The notes: generated from the letters alone by a model not told the origin. 64,000 nt of DNA from Clostridium sp. (GCF_047718555.1 NZ_JBDNRK010000011.1:26209-90208); one strand, 5' to 3'. Counted from the first letter of the stretch, positions 1 to 10,789 are shown. Made by a program: numbers and translations.

Positions 1-657
1 ATAGATCACCACAGAATTGGAGATATTCAAACAGGTTCACCTATATATTTTAGAAATCAACCTATAGGAAGTTCCAGCAGTATAGTAGGTCTAATTTTCT
101 TTGAAAATGGTATAACTCCTTCAAAGAAAGCAGCTGGGCTTTTATGTGGAGCCATAATATCTGATACTTTATTATTCAGATCTCCAACTACAACTGATAC
201 TGATAGAACTATTTTAAAGAAATTAGCTGAAATTGCAGAAATCGATCCTGAAGATTTTGCAAGTAAAATGTTTAAGGCCGGCACTTCTTTAGAAGGTAAA
301 ACTGTAACTGAAATATTTAATCAGGATTATAAGATCTTCAATTTATCTGATTATAAAGTAGGAGTTTCACAGGTTAGCACAATGGATCTTGAAGGCTTTG
401 AACCAACAAAACCTGAAATGATCAATTACATGGAAACTAAAGCTAAAGATGAAAAATTTAATGTACTATTATTACTTTTAACTGATATATTAAAAGGTGG
501 CTCACAGCTTATAGCCGTTGGTCCAGACAGAGACATTGTTTCCAAAGCCTTTGACGTAAAACTTGAAAATAACTCCGCTTATGCCCCAGGAGTGCTTTCC
601 CGAAAGAAACAAGTTATACCACCACTAACAAATACAATTGAAGCATTAAATCAATAA
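1..657 (+). CDS. ppaC: Manganese-dependent inorganic pyrophosphatase, family II (C-terminal part; runs off the left edge)
   Basis: Frame 1 is open from base 1: IDHHRIGDIQTGSPIYFRNQPIGSSSTIV...GAIISDTLLFRSPTTT...SRKKQVIPPL (DHH motif, DHHA2 domain). The ORF track only caught 268-657. Confidence 0.9.
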   Translation: MDHHRIGDIQTGSPIYFRNQPIGSSSSIVGLIFFENGITPSKKAAGLLCGAIISDTLLFRSPTTTDTDRTILKKLAEIAEIDPEDFASKMFKAGTSLEGKTVTEIFNQDYKIFNLSDYKVGVSQVSTMDLEGFEPTKPEMINYMETKAKDEKFNVLLLLLTDILKGGSQLIAVGPDRDIVSKAFDVKLENNSAYAPGVLSRKKQVIPPLTNTIEALNQ

Positions 658-660
658 TAA

Positions 661-711
661 AAAAACACCCGCTTAAGAACGTTAAATTAACATTCTCAAA
701 CGGGTGTTTTT
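661..711. terminator. Bidirectional intrinsic terminator between convergent ppaC and flgG
   Basis: AAAAACACCCG...CGGGTGTTTTT inverted repeat with an inner AGAACGTTAA/TTAACATTCT stem and A/T runs on both sides. Confidence 0.8.
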
Positions 712-755
712 GATTTTCCTTAACACTCTTTAATGAATATGGCAAATTTTTTCAT

Positions 756-1544
756 TTACCTCTTTAAATTATTCACCATTTCCCACATTTGATCTGCAGT
801 AGTTAAACTTTTGGTATTGAGCTCAAAAGCCCTTTGTGCAGATATCATATCAGTCATTTCCTTTGCAATATCTACATTGGAATTTTCCACATAACCCTGC
901 ATTATATTTGTAGTATTAGTAGCAAATATCTGTGCTCCATTTTTAGGTACATATAAATTATCACCTACTGAAGCCATTGAATTATTACCTATAGTGTCAT
1001 ACACATTTATCTTTCCTACAGCTACATTACCATTAGGCTGCTTTATGCTTAAAGTTCCATCCTGTGCAACTACAAAATTATTTTGTGTAAGAGTTACAGG
1101 GCCATTAGTATAATTTACTTCTAATACATTGCCGCTCTTGTCTACCAATCTTCCATTAACATCTAGATTAAAATCACTGCTTCTTTCATAAGCAGCTGTT
1201 CCATTGGGACGAATTACTCTAAAATAACCACTGCCATCCAGAGCTAAATCTGTACTCTGATTAGTTTGTGTGATATTCCCCTGAGAATTATCTCTTATCC
1301 AATCTGTAGCCTTTACTCCTGTGCCATTTTGAGGATCAGCATTAATGCCATTGTTGTTATTAGTATTAGTAGGGTATCCTACTCTCGTTAAGTTTTCATA
1401 TAAAAGATCACTAAATTGTACTTGCTCTGTTTTATAACCATCGGTATCTACATTTGCTATATTATTTGATATTGCATCCAATTTTTGCTGCTGTGCATTC
1501 ATTGCACTTCTGCTTGTCCACATCAATCCATTCACTATAATCAC
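756..1544 (-). CDS. flgG: Flagellar basal-body rod protein FlgG
   Basis: ISNNIANVDTDGYK N-terminal motif, TDLALDGSGYF, C-terminal ENSNVDIAKEMTDMISAQRAFELN. Confidence 0.85.
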   Translation of the reverse strand: MIIVNGLMWTSRSAMNAQQQKLDAISNNIANVDTDGYKTEQVQFSDLLYENLTRVGYPTNTNNNNGINADPQNGTGVKATDWIRDNSQGNITQTNQSTDLALDGSGYFRVIRPNGTAAYERSSDFNLDVNGRLVDKSGNVLEVNYTNGPVTLTQNNFVVAQDGTLSIKQPNGNVAVGKINVYDTIGNNSMASVGDNLYVPKNGAQIFATNTTNIMQGYVENSNVDIAKEMTDMISAQRAFELNTKSLTTADQMWEMVNNLKR

Positions 1545-1559
1545 CTCATATCTAATTAA

Positions 1560-2342
1560 TTATTTTACAGTTCCCACATCATTAACTGCCTGACCTAAAG
1601 TTTCATCTATGGATTGCACAACTTTTTGCTGTGTCTCAAAAGTTCTCATAGTAGACATCATATTTACCATTTCATTTACTGGATTTATATTGGATTGTTC
1701 CAAAGCTTTTTGCTTAACAAAAATATTAGTATTAGTTATTGGATTTTCTCCTTGATATAAATTGTCTCCTACTTTTTTAAGAGTTCTATAATTATTGAAA
1801 TCTACAGTTGACAAGGAATAAGAAGGTTTTCCAGCAATACTTACATTGCCGTATGCATCGCTGATTATTTGTCCATTTCCAACCATAATTCTCTCTTGGT
1901 TTCCCGTATTAATATTCCTTCCCATAACATAATCTCCAGAATCGTTAACTAAATAACCCTGCATATTTACATGAAAATGTCCATCTCTAGTATAATAATT
2001 TTGTCCGCCTGCTCCATTGTCTCTGTTTACAGTAAAAAACCCTCTACCGTCAATGGCAAAATCTGTATTAGAGTCAGTATTTTGTATATTACCTTGAGTA
2101 AAATCTGTTGCAGTTTCATCAATTCTACTGCCTAAACTTAAGCTGCCTATAGTCTGAGGATAATTTTTTCCATATTGAATATTACTTCTATTCTGAATAA
2201 GTACATCATCAAATTTTTTAATGGCAAGATCATCACTTTTAAATCCTACAGTATTTGAATTGGCCATGTTATTTGCTATAACATTTTGTTTAGCTTCTTG
2301 AGTAATCATACCTGAAATAGTTGTATATAAACTTCTTATCAT
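1560..2342 (-). CDS. Flagellar basal-body rod protein, FlgG/FlgF-like paralogue
   Basis: ANNMANSNTVGFK, DFAIDGRGFF, YTRDGHF, LEQSNINPVNEM motifs. Confidence 0.85.
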   Translation of the reverse strand: MIRSLYTTISGMITQEAKQNVIANNMANSNTVGFKSDDLAIKKFDDVLIQNRSNIQYGKNYPQTIGSLSLGSRIDETATDFTQGNIQNTDSNTDFAIDGRGFFTVNRDNGAGGQNYYTRDGHFHVNMQGYLVNDSGDYVMGRNINTGNQERIMVGNGQIISDAYGNVSIAGKPSYSLSTVDFNNYRTLKKVGDNLYQGENPITNTNIFVKQKALEQSNINPVNEMVNMMSTMRTFETQQKVVQSIDETLGQAVNDVGTVK

Positions 2343-2542
2343 TTTTTCACATCCTTATTATTTATTACTTTCATATCCTGTGGATATCTCATACCATAGG
2401 AAGAGGCTTTAGTTTCAATTTCAGCCCTGCTTAAGCTTATAGCTGATTTTGCAGTAATCATAAAGCAAGTTGATATAACCATTCCAATACCAATTCCCAC
2501 AAGAACTTTTCTATCTGAAATAAATTCAATAAAAGCTTTTAT
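2339..2542 (-). CDS. Small single-TM hypothetical protein missed by the ORF track (start codon uncertain)
   Basis: Open frame IKAFIEFISDRKVLVGIGIGMVISTCFMITAK...SSYGMRYPQDMKVINNKDVKK*. It fills the gap in the operon and its TGA overlaps the next ATG (ATGA). Confidence 0.6.
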   Translation of the reverse strand: MKAFIEFISDRKVLVGIGIGMVISTCFMITAKSAISLSRAEIETKASSYGMRYPQDMKVINNKDVKK

Positions 2543-3075
2543 TTTATGTACAATTTTTGTATTAATAGTATTTCCCCCTTGCCAATTCCCAATCTTTCTG
2601 ATATATCCTCAACAGATAAGCCCTCTTTCATAAGCTTTTCTATATCATCAACTTTATCATTATTTATTTCCCTATTATCTATGTATTTAATTTTATCATT
2701 TTCATCAGTAATTTTTGTTTCTGCTGCAGTATTCTTGCCATGAGAAATTTCTATTGAATCCAATTCATTATTTGTTAAAATACTATCTTCCATAGCTTTA
2801 TCATGGATATTTTCTATATCTGAATTATGTATATTTTTATAATTTACCTCAGGACTTATTTGTAATTTATCCTTTAACTCTTCTATTTCCCTTTGAAGAT
2901 CCAGTATTGTCTCTGCAAATTCTTTTCTTACCTTTCCAATTTCCACATCATAATCTTTCACATTAGTTGAAGCCTTATGAAATACATTTTTAAAACTTGT
3001 ATTTTCTCTTTTTACAGCCTTAATATTTACAGCTATCAATAAAATTCCTATAATTAATAGTAAAACTGTAGTCAT
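2539..3075 (-). CDS. Conserved flagellar-operon membrane protein (N-terminal TM, coiled coil, C-terminal HTH-like GLSVEDISERLGIGKGEILLI)
   Basis: ORF track; position downstream of fliA; TM plus HTH-like tail. Confidence 0.7.
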   Translation of the reverse strand: MTTVLLLIIGILLIAVNIKAVKRENTSFKNVFHKASTNVKDYDVEIGKVRKEFAETILDLQREIEELKDKLQISPEVNYKNIHNSDIENIHDKAMEDSILTNNELDSIEISHGKNTAAETKITDENDKIKYIDNREINNDKVDDIEKLMKEGLSVEDISERLGIGKGEILLIQKLYIK

Positions 3076-3090
3076 TAAAGCACCTCCACA

Positions 3091-3816
3091 CTATTCATAT
3101 TTTAGCTTTTTTAAAGCTTGTCTAAGATGAACAATAGCCCTTGAGTGCAGCTGGCAAACTCTAGATTCTGATACAGATAAAATGCTGCCTATTTCTTTCA
3201 AAGTTAAACCTTCATAATAGTATAGAGAAAGTACAGTTTTATCTTTTTCGTTTAGGATATCTAGTGCCTTTGATAAATATTCTATTTTCTCTTTTTCTTC
3301 TAAAGCATTTTCTGGTCTTGGACTATTTTTATCTTCAATGGTTGTAATTATAGGCATATCGTCATCTTCTGAAAAAATCAAGCTTTCCAAAGAAGTTATA
3401 GACATATAATTTATGTAATTTTCAACTTCTGTTATATCTGCCATAGTTCCGCCAAAGGCCTTAGCTATTTCAGCATTTGTAGGATACCTTAAAAGTTTTT
3501 TTTGTAAGTTTTCTACTATTTGATTATATTTATTGAGCTTATCCATAGCACCTTTGGATATAGGACTATTTTTCCTAAGTTCATCTATCATAGCTCCTTT
3601 TATTCTGATAGAAGCATAAGTTGAAAATTTCATACCCTTACTCTTATCAAATTTATTAAGAGCATCCATTAATCCAATCATACCATAACCTATTAAATCC
3701 TCATACTCAATATATTTACTTTTACCTACTATAACTCTAGATGCTATATATTTTACCAATGGAATATATTCCTTAACTATTTCCTCTCTAGTATCAGAAA
3801 TTTCTGGTATAGCCAT
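3091..3816 (-). CDS. fliA: RNA polymerase sigma-28 factor FliA/SigD
   Basis: DLIGYGMIGLMDALNKFD, FSTYASIRIKGAMIDELR, LTLKEIGSILSVSESRVCQLHS. Confidence 0.95.
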   Translation of the reverse strand: MAIPEISDTREEIVKEYIPLVKYIASRVIVGKSKYIEYEDLIGYGMIGLMDALNKFDKSKGMKFSTYASIRIKGAMIDELRKNSPISKGAMDKLNKYNQIVENLQKKLLRYPTNAEIAKAFGGTMADITEVENYINYMSITSLESLIFSEDDDMPIITTIEDKNSPRPENALEEKEKIEYLSKALDILNEKDKTVLSLYYYEGLTLKEIGSILSVSESRVCQLHSRAIVHLRQALKKLKYE

Positions 3817-3831
3817 AACTGGATTGCCCCC

Positions 3832-4512
3832 TTAATTTTTTTTCATCTGTTCACGCATTACCCCAAATACATAAGCTATAATTTTATCCTGAATTTTTGT
3901 CTCAATATTAAAAAATGAAAAACCTGAAATATACAAATTAGTATCCATATCCCTAAATGCTCTCATGCAATTACTGAGTACAAAGATATTTTCATGATCT
4001 AATGCAATTTTTATTATAAATCTATCTCCTGATTTAATCTCTTCCTTGGTCTTTAGTCTGAAGCCTCCACCACTTAAATCAATCATAAGTGCCTTAGTAA
4101 AAGCCTTTGAATCTTTTATGAGACTATTAAATGTACTATCGGAAATATTTTTGTCAACCTTCAAATATTGTACATCCCTTAATAAATTCACTCTAAAAAA
4201 TCTTCTTCTCTGTATCTTTTTTACATCCTTTGGGATAGTTAAAAGTATCATTGGTATTATATCCATACGTCTCCCTATAACATCAGTATTAAAGCCATAT
4301 AAATTATTTTCATTATAATACACAACTGTCACATGATCATTCTTATTAAGTGGTGCATATTCACCATTTAAAATTGGTATACTTATTCCTATATAATCCT
4401 TACCTACATCCTGTATATTGCTCTTATACACCTTATCCTCTATGAGAATTTCACATTTTGCATTTATGCTAAAGTTTACATTAGTACCACTCATCACACT
4501 ATAACTCCTCAC
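3832..4512 (-). CDS. Flagellar brake protein, YcgR/PilZ family (c-di-GMP binding)
   Basis: QRRRFFR and DLSGGG PilZ motifs. Confidence 0.9.
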   Translation of the reverse strand: MRSYSVMSGTNVNFSINAKCEILIEDKVYKSNIQDVGKDYIGISIPILNGEYAPLNKNDHVTVVYYNENNLYGFNTDVIGRRMDIIPMILLTIPKDVKKIQRRRFFRVNLLRDVQYLKVDKNISDSTFNSLIKDSKAFTKALMIDLSGGGFRLKTKEEIKSGDRFIIKIALDHENIFVLSNCMRAFRDMDTNLYISGFSFFNIETKIQDKIIAYVFGVMREQMKKN

Positions 4513-5384
4513 GAAAAAATATTAAATATTTTTTTAAATAATCCCTGTATTCCTGATTTACCCAATTCATTTTCTCTTTCAGAATCACCAATAAGTTTAT
4601 TTGCTATTTTAACAATATCCTGAGCAGCAGCACAATTTGGACTTCCAATTATAAAGGGCTCCTGACTTTTTACTGCCAACACTAATTTTCTGTCCTCAGA
4701 CACATTTCCCACATAGGAAATATCCATTTTTAAAAAATTTTTAACTGCATTTTGAAATTTATTATAGGTTTCTTCTGCTTCCCTTTTATCAAAGGTTCTA
4801 TTTATGACTACCTTGGTCTTAGATTTAATTTTAAAATGAACTACTGCCTTTAAAAGACTATAGGAATCCATGAGTGAAGTAGGTTCTGGTGTTACAATCA
4901 AAATCAATTCATCACAGCAGGATATAAATCCCAATACACTTCTATTTATTCCAGCACCTGTGTCCATTATAATATAATCTAAATCTTCCAAATTTGATAA
5001 TTTATCTAGAAAACTATTTCTTTGTGAATTAGTAATTTCATTTATTCTTGCTACACCAGATCCTCCAGGTAAAAGTTTTACCCCAAAGGGTCCTTCTATG
5101 ACCACATCCTCTATATTTTTGTTATTAAAAATAACATCAAACACATTGTATTTAGGCAAAAATCCCATTAGTACATCATCATTACCCATGCCTATATCTG
5201 CATCAAAAATCAATACCTTTTTTCCCGTTTTTTGAATGGCTATAGACAAATTCACCACAAAATTACTTTTTCCTACTCCACCTTTGCCAGAAGTAACTGT
5301 AATTATCCTTGGTGTTTTTCCAGTTTTGTTAGCTTCATTTCCCTTTACAGCCATTTGCCTTAATCGTTGTGCCTGATCTAACAT
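4509..5384 (-). CDS. flhG: MinD/ParA-family flagellar number regulator FlhG
   Basis: DQAQRLR N-terminus, SGKGGVGKS Walker A, DTGAG; directly after flhF. Confidence 0.9.
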   Translation of the reverse strand: MLDQAQRLRQMAVKGNEANKTGKTPRIITVTSGKGGVGKSNFVVNLSIAIQKTGKKVLIFDADIGMGNDDVLMGFLPKYNVFDVIFNNKNIEDVVIEGPFGVKLLPGGSGVARINEITNSQRNSFLDKLSNLEDLDYIIMDTGAGINRSVLGFISCCDELILIVTPEPTSLMDSYSLLKAVVHFKIKSKTKVVINRTFDKREAEETYNKFQNAVKNFLKMDISYVGNVSEDRKLVLAVKSQEPFIIGSPNCAAAQDIVKIANKLIGDSERENELGKSGIQGLFKKIFNIFS

Positions 5385-6583
5385 ATACTTTCCACTCCCG
5401 TAATGAGATTTACCACATCTTCTACCTTCAATGTATTAATATCATCTGGAACATTTTGTCCAATTGATACATAGCTTAAAGGCTTTTTAGCCTCTTTAAG
5501 TATATTCAATATAGATCCATAGGTTGTAGTCTCATCTAATTTTGTTATTATAACATTATTATAATTCAAAACATTATAACCCTCAACTATAGACTTTATA
5601 TCCCTATTCTTTGTAGTACAGCTCATTACCAAATGTAAGTTTTCAGAATGGGTTTTATCAATAAATGCTCTCAGTTCAGAAATTTGCATTTTATTTTTAC
5701 TACTTCTACCTGTAGTATCCACCAATACTACATCACAATCCCGCATACTCTCCACTGCTGCTTCCATATCCTTTATAGAAAATACCACCTTAAAGGGTAT
5801 TTTCATGATATCTGCATAGGTTTTAAGCTGTTCCACTGCTCCTATTCTGTAGGTATCAACAGTTATAAGCCCTATTTTCTTTTTTTCAATAAGTGCAAAC
5901 CTTCCTGCAAGCTTTGCAATGGTAGTAGTTTTTCCAACTCCAGTAGGTCCTACTAATACAATTACACCCTCTTCATTAATTTCAGAAACCTCAATCATAG
6001 AGCCTAAGACTTTTTTTAATTTTTCCATTTCTTTCATTTCATCATTTTCTAAATTTATTCTATTTATAATTTCTTCTATTACAGCATCTTCCAAATCATA
6101 TTTCTCTAGAGTTTTATATAATTCACTATTATGATTTGAATTTTCATTGCTATTATTTTTTACAATGCCCTTTAATATGTTTTTCATCTCTTGCATCTCT
6201 TTAATAAGATTATCTTCTTTGTCATATTCATCTTTATTAATGTTATAAACTTCTTTAGAAATTTTTCTACTTGTTACAGGGTAATTTAATTTTTCTAAGC
6301 TATTTTTATTACCTATCTGCACATCCATAGCCTTTTTTATAGCCTCTAAACTATTCTCAACAGAATTATGTATAATTTTAGATTTACCTTCATTTATTTC
6401 AGCAGCTTTATCAACATTATCTACCGCCGCAGTAACTTCTATAACCTTTTTTGAAAACAATCCAGTAAATCCCTTTTTTCTTATTTTCCTCTGACTTATT
6501 ATTACTGCGTCCTTTCCCAACTCATACCTTATCCTTGTTACAGCTTCATTCATGCTATTTACAATATATTTTTTTATAACCAT
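5378..6583 (-). CDS. flhF: Flagellar SRP-family GTPase FlhF
   Basis: GPTGVGKTTTIAKLA, DTYRIGAVEQL, DTTGR, TKLDET, GQNVPDD. Confidence 0.95.
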   Translation of the reverse strand: MVIKKYIVNSMNEAVTRIRYELGKDAVIISQRKIRKKGFTGLFSKKVIEVTAAVDNVDKAAEINEGKSKIIHNSVENSLEAIKKAMDVQIGNKNSLEKLNYPVTSRKISKEVYNINKDEYDKEDNLIKEMQEMKNILKGIVKNNSNENSNHNSELYKTLEKYDLEDAVIEEIINRINLENDEMKEMEKLKKVLGSMIEVSEINEEGVIVLVGPTGVGKTTTIAKLAGRFALIEKKKIGLITVDTYRIGAVEQLKTYADIMKIPFKVVFSIKDMEAAVESMRDCDVVLVDTTGRSSKNKMQISELRAFIDKTHSENLHLVMSCTTKNRDIKSIVEGYNVLNYNNVIITKLDETTTYGSILNILKEAKKPLSYVSIGQNVPDDINTLKVEDVVNLITGVESIC

Positions 6584-8652
6584 TATAAGCTGACAACTCC
6601 TTCAGTTTTTATTTCAATTTCATTAGGTACTTCATTGAGGGATAAAACAGTGATATTAGGGAACACCATTTCTATAAGCTTTCTCACTGCCGGCCTTATT
6701 TTAGGTGAAACCAATATTGCCGGTTGATTTTCTGGAAAATATATAGTGTTAAGTACATTTTTTATAGAATCAAGAATTCTTGAGGTAGTATCTGGATCTA
6801 CTGCCGGGAAAGAACCCTGCATAGACTTCTGTATATTATTTGCTATGACATTTTCCACTTCCGGGGCAAAGGTAGCCACAACTATTCTGTTACTTTCATC
6901 TATAAGAGGGTTACATATGCTTCTTCCAAGAGCAATTCTCACATACTCTGTAAGGAGCTCAAGATCCTTAGAGTTTCTTGAATTATCCGCAAGACTTTCA
7001 AGTATAGTCACCATATCTTTAATAGGAACTTTTTCCTTCAATAAATTCTGAAGAACTTTTTGCACCTCTCCAATAGTCATAAGATCCGGTATGAGTTCCT
7101 CTACTACAGCACTATACCGCTCCTTCATTGAATCAATTATAGTTTTAACTTCCTGTCTTCCAAGAAGTTCATAGGAATGTGATTTTATAGTTTCCGTCAA
7201 ATGAGTTACCATTACTGTAGTAGGATCTACCACTGTAAAACCTTTGATTTCCACATCTTCTTTCTGATCCTTATTAATCCATACTGCTGGAAGTCCAAAG
7301 GTAGGCTCAATGGTCTTTATACCTGGTATATCTTCTCCTTCACCGCTTGGGTCCATAGATAAAAGCATACTTGGCATAAGCTCACCCTTAGCTATTACAG
7401 TTCCCCTTATCTTTACCACATACTCGTTGGTCTTTAACTGAAGGTTGTCCCTTATTCTTATAGGCTGAACTACAATGCCCATTTCTATGGCACATTGTCT
7501 TCTTACAGAAGCAATTCTCTGAAGAAGATCTCCTCCAGAAGCCTCATCTGCCAAAGGTATTAATCCATAGCCTATTTCTATTTCCATAGGCTCTACTGAA
7601 ATTAAATTCATTACATTTTCAGGTTCCTTATTTTCCTGCTCAGTCAATTCTATATTCATGTTTTCTTCCTGAATTATCATCTGAGCTTTTTCTTCCCTAT
7701 ACAGCATATAAGCACATATACCACAGGCAACTGCTAAAATAAAGAAGGGTGGGAAAGGAAGTCCCGGTATAAAGCTTAAAAATAAAAGTATAGCAGAAGC
7801 TATGCCTAGAACCTTTGGAAAGCTTGTAAGCTGTCCTACTACCTGTTTACCAAAATCTTCATCATTACCAGATCGTGTTACTAGAATACCTGTAGCAATG
7901 GATATTAAAAGTGCTGGTATCTGACTTACCAGTCCATCACCAATAGTGAGTCTTACATAGGTTTGAGCAGCCTCTGCAATTGGCATACCAAGCTGTACTG
8001 CACCAATTACAATTCCTGCTATGATATTTATCAAAACTATTACAATACTTGCTATGGCATCTCCTTTAACAAATTTAGAAGCACCATCCATTGATCCGTA
8101 AAAATCAGCCTCCTGCTGAATTTTCCTTCTTCTATTTTTAGCTTCTGTATCATCTATAAGACCTGCATTTAAATCTGCATCTATACTCATCTGTTTACCT
8201 GGCATAGCATCCAGAGCAAATCTTGCAGCTACTTCTGCAACTCTTCCAGCACCATTAGTAATTACTATAAACTGTATTACTATTATTATCAAAAATATTA
8301 TTATACCAACCAGATAATTACCGCCTACCACAAAACTTCCAAAGGCATTAATTACATCTCCTGCATTAGCCTGACTTAAAATAAGTCTTGTGGAGGAAAT
8401 ATTAAGTCCCAATCTGAACAAGGTTGTAATAAGAAGCAAAGTTGGAAAAACAGATAACTGAAGTACTTCTGTAGTAAACATAGTTATAAGTATTATAATT
8501 GTAGCAATGGTTATATTTACTACAATTAAAATATCTAACATTGCTGTAGGTAATGGTATTATAATCATAAGTACTATAAACATTACTCCAACGGCTACAA
8601 GAACATCTAGATTATTCTTTAATTTGAAACCTTTATTATTGTCATTACCCAT
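6583..8652 (-). CDS. flhA: Flagellar export apparatus protein FlhA
   Basis: RVAEVAARFALDAMPGKQMSIDADLNAG, FYGSMDGASKFVKGDA. Confidence 0.97.
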   Translation of the reverse strand: MGNDNNKGFKLKNNLDVLVAVGVMFIVLMIIIPLPTAMLDILIVVNITIATIIILITMFTTEVLQLSVFPTLLLITTLFRLGLNISSTRLILSQANAGDVINAFGSFVVGGNYLVGIIIFLIIIVIQFIVITNGAGRVAEVAARFALDAMPGKQMSIDADLNAGLIDDTEAKNRRRKIQQEADFYGSMDGASKFVKGDAIASIVIVLINIIAGIVIGAVQLGMPIAEAAQTYVRLTIGDGLVSQIPALLISIATGILVTRSGNDEDFGKQVVGQLTSFPKVLGIASAILLFLSFIPGLPFPPFFILAVACGICAYMLYREEKAQMIIQEENMNIELTEQENKEPENVMNLISVEPMEIEIGYGLIPLADEASGGDLLQRIASVRRQCAIEMGIVVQPIRIRDNLQLKTNEYVVKIRGTVIAKGELMPSMLLSMDPSGEGEDIPGIKTIEPTFGLPAVWINKDQKEDVEIKGFTVVDPTTVMVTHLTETIKSHSYELLGRQEVKTIIDSMKERYSAVVEELIPDLMTIGEVQKVLQNLLKEKVPIKDMVTILESLADNSRNSKDLELLTEYVRIALGRSICNPLIDESNRIVVATFAPEVENVIANNIQKSMQGSFPAVDPDTTSRILDSIKNVLNTIYFPENQPAILVSPKIRPAVRKLIEMVFPNITVLSLNEVPNEIEIKTEGVVSL

Positions 8653-8667
8653 TTGTTATCTCACCCT

Positions 8668-10497
8668 TTACCTCTTTTTCATTTTATATACTAAAGCCAA
8701 TATTTCTGCCACTGCTTGATACATATCCATAGGGATTTCTCCATCAATATCTACCTTTTCATATATAAGTCTAGCTAATGGCTTATCTTCTATAATTGGC
8801 ACATTATTTTCTTTTGCAATTTCTTTTATCTTAAGAGCTATTCTATCTGCACCCTTTGCCGTTACAAAAGGAGCACTGCTCTCTCCCTCTTTATATTGGA
8901 GAGCTACTGCAATATGAGTAGGATTTGTTACTACCACCGTTGCCTCTGGCACACTTGCCATCATTCTCTTTGAAGACATTTCTCTCATCTTCTGCTTTCT
9001 CTTTGACTTTACTTGAGGGTCTCCCTCATCCTGCTTAAACTCTTCTTTTATTTCCTGCTTTGTCATCTTTAGCTCCTTATTATGCATAAATCTCTGATAT
9101 ATATAATCGGCTATGGCAATAATAAGCATAATCAAACAAATTCTAAATAAAATCCCTACAAAAATTCCCTTTAATGCATAGGGAATTGAAGTAAAGGTCA
9201 GTGTATTCATTATAAGTAAATTATAAAGATTATCTCGTACAAATTGATATCCTACAAAACCAACAATGATTATGAGTATAATATCCTTAAAAAGTTCTAC
9301 CACAGTTCTAGATGAAAAAATCTTTTTAAAACCTGCTATAGGACTTAGTTTTTTTAAATCCGGCTTTAAAGTTTCCGTAGTAAAAATAAAGCCAGACTGA
9401 ATATAATTTGCAAGTATACCTAAAATCATTATAGGCACTGCAAATATGAGAAATATTAAAGCTATATTAGTTATAGCATATATAAGTATATGCTGTATAT
9501 TATTATAATTTAAGTCCATATTTAAAGATGTATTTAAATATGAAAACATCATATTTCTAAGTCTGTCATAAGAAAAATTCCCTAGAGATGTTACTACTAA
9601 AGTAGTTGCCATCAGTGTAAGTGCCAGTGCTACCTCTTTACTCTTAGCTACCTGACCTTTTTTCTTTGCATCACTTTTTTTCTTAGGTGTTGCCTGCTCT
9701 GTTTTGTCTTCCGAGGCAAATATAATAACCGCAGGTATTATATTGTAAAAGCCCTTCCAAAGATCTGGTATTAAACTAAAACCCTGAATTATAAGTTTTA
9801 CTATCTCAGGCAGTATAAGCATAAAAATTGAAAATCCAAGTAGTATTTTAACAGGCATACCAAGTATCATTACATTTAGCTGTGGAACAGTTCTTGAAAC
9901 AAGTCCCATTACTATATCCGTTATTATTAAAACTATTACTATAGGCATAGCAATCTTTATGCCTATTATAAAAAACTCAGCAAATGCATGTAAAGCATAC
10001 ATAGCAGATTCATTACCTAATATAAATTTACCTATATGTACTGTATTATAGCTATCTATAAGTGCTGTTATAAGTATATGATGACCGTCAATTACAAGGA
10101 ACAGTACTACAGTAAGCATAGTTAAGATTCTTTCCACCAAGGTAGCATTACTTTGACTTGTAGGATCAAATATAGTCATCATACTAAATCCAATTTGAAT
10201 ATCCATAAAGTTTCCTGCAATTCTGCCGCAAATAAAAGCTAAATTAGTCAAATATCCAAGTACAAGTCCCGTTATTATTTCTGAGGCACATTGCTCCATA
10301 TAAATCAGTCCATTGTTAATACCTGAAACACTGCTGTAATTTAAAGTTGACATTATAAAGAAAGCAATTATAGCAGAAAAGGCAATTTTAACTGTATTTG
10401 GAAGCCCACTTGGAAAAAGCACCTGCAATGCCACAAAAAAAGTTATAATTCGTAAAAACACCAGAAAAAATGCAGCAAAATAAGAAACCTCTATCAT
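8668..10497 (-). CDS. fliR-flhB: Fused FliR-FlhB flagellar export protein
   Basis: N-terminal FliR (RTVPQLNVMILGMPVK) continues in frame into FlhB (EDKTEQATPKK, EGDPQVKS, TNPTH). Confidence 0.95.
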   Translation of the reverse strand: MIEVSYFAAFFLVFLRIITFFVALQVLFPSGLPNTVKIAFSAIIAFFIMSTLNYSSVSGINNGLIYMEQCASEIITGLVLGYLTNLAFICGRIAGNFMDIQIGFSMMTIFDPTSQSNATLVERILTMLTVVLFLVIDGHHILITALIDSYNTVHIGKFILGNESAMYALHAFAEFFIIGIKIAMPIVIVLIITDIVMGLVSRTVPQLNVMILGMPVKILLGFSIFMLILPEIVKLIIQGFSLIPDLWKGFYNIIPAVIIFASEDKTEQATPKKKSDAKKKGQVAKSKEVALALTLMATTLVVTSLGNFSYDRLRNMMFSYLNTSLNMDLNYNNIQHILIYAITNIALIFLIFAVPIMILGILANYIQSGFIFTTETLKPDLKKLSPIAGFKKIFSSRTVVELFKDIILIIIVGFVGYQFVRDNLYNLLIMNTLTFTSIPYALKGIFVGILFRICLIMLIIAIADYIYQRFMHNKELKMTKQEIKEEFKQDEGDPQVKSKRKQKMREMSSKRMMASVPEATVVVTNPTHIAVALQYKEGESSAPFVTAKGADRIALKIKEIAKENNVPIIEDKPLARLIYEKVDIDGEIPMDMYQAVAEILALVYKMKKR

Positions 10498-10507
10498 TTC
10501 ATCACAC

Positions 10508-10789
10508 CTATCTAGTAATATTTGCTATCATTTCAAATATTCTTTCTGTAAACCCAGTCATCATATGAAGCATCCAAGTACTGGCCACTATTCCTACAAC
10601 CGCTATGGCAATAAGTTTTGGGACAAAGGTAAGAGTCTGCTCCTGTATTTGAGTTGTTGCCTGCATTATGCTTATAATAAGTCCTACCACAACAGATACA
10701 ATTAAAATTGGTGCAGATATTAAGAGTCCTGTGCTTATAGCATCCTTTAATATTCCTAAAAGCATATTTTCTGTCATAATAATTTTCAC
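10508..10789 (-). CDS. fliQ: Flagellar export protein FliQ (likely start MTEN at 10777)
   Basis: QATTQIQEQTLTFVPK motif. Confidence 0.95.
   Translation of the reverse strand: MKIIMTENMLLGILKDAISTGLLISAPILIVSVVVGLIISIMQATTQIQEQTLTFVPKLIAIAVVGIVASTWMLHMMTGFTERIFEMIANITR

Noticed and set aside
8668-10497. fliR-flhB fusion as a novelty
   Set aside because: Well known in many clostridia.
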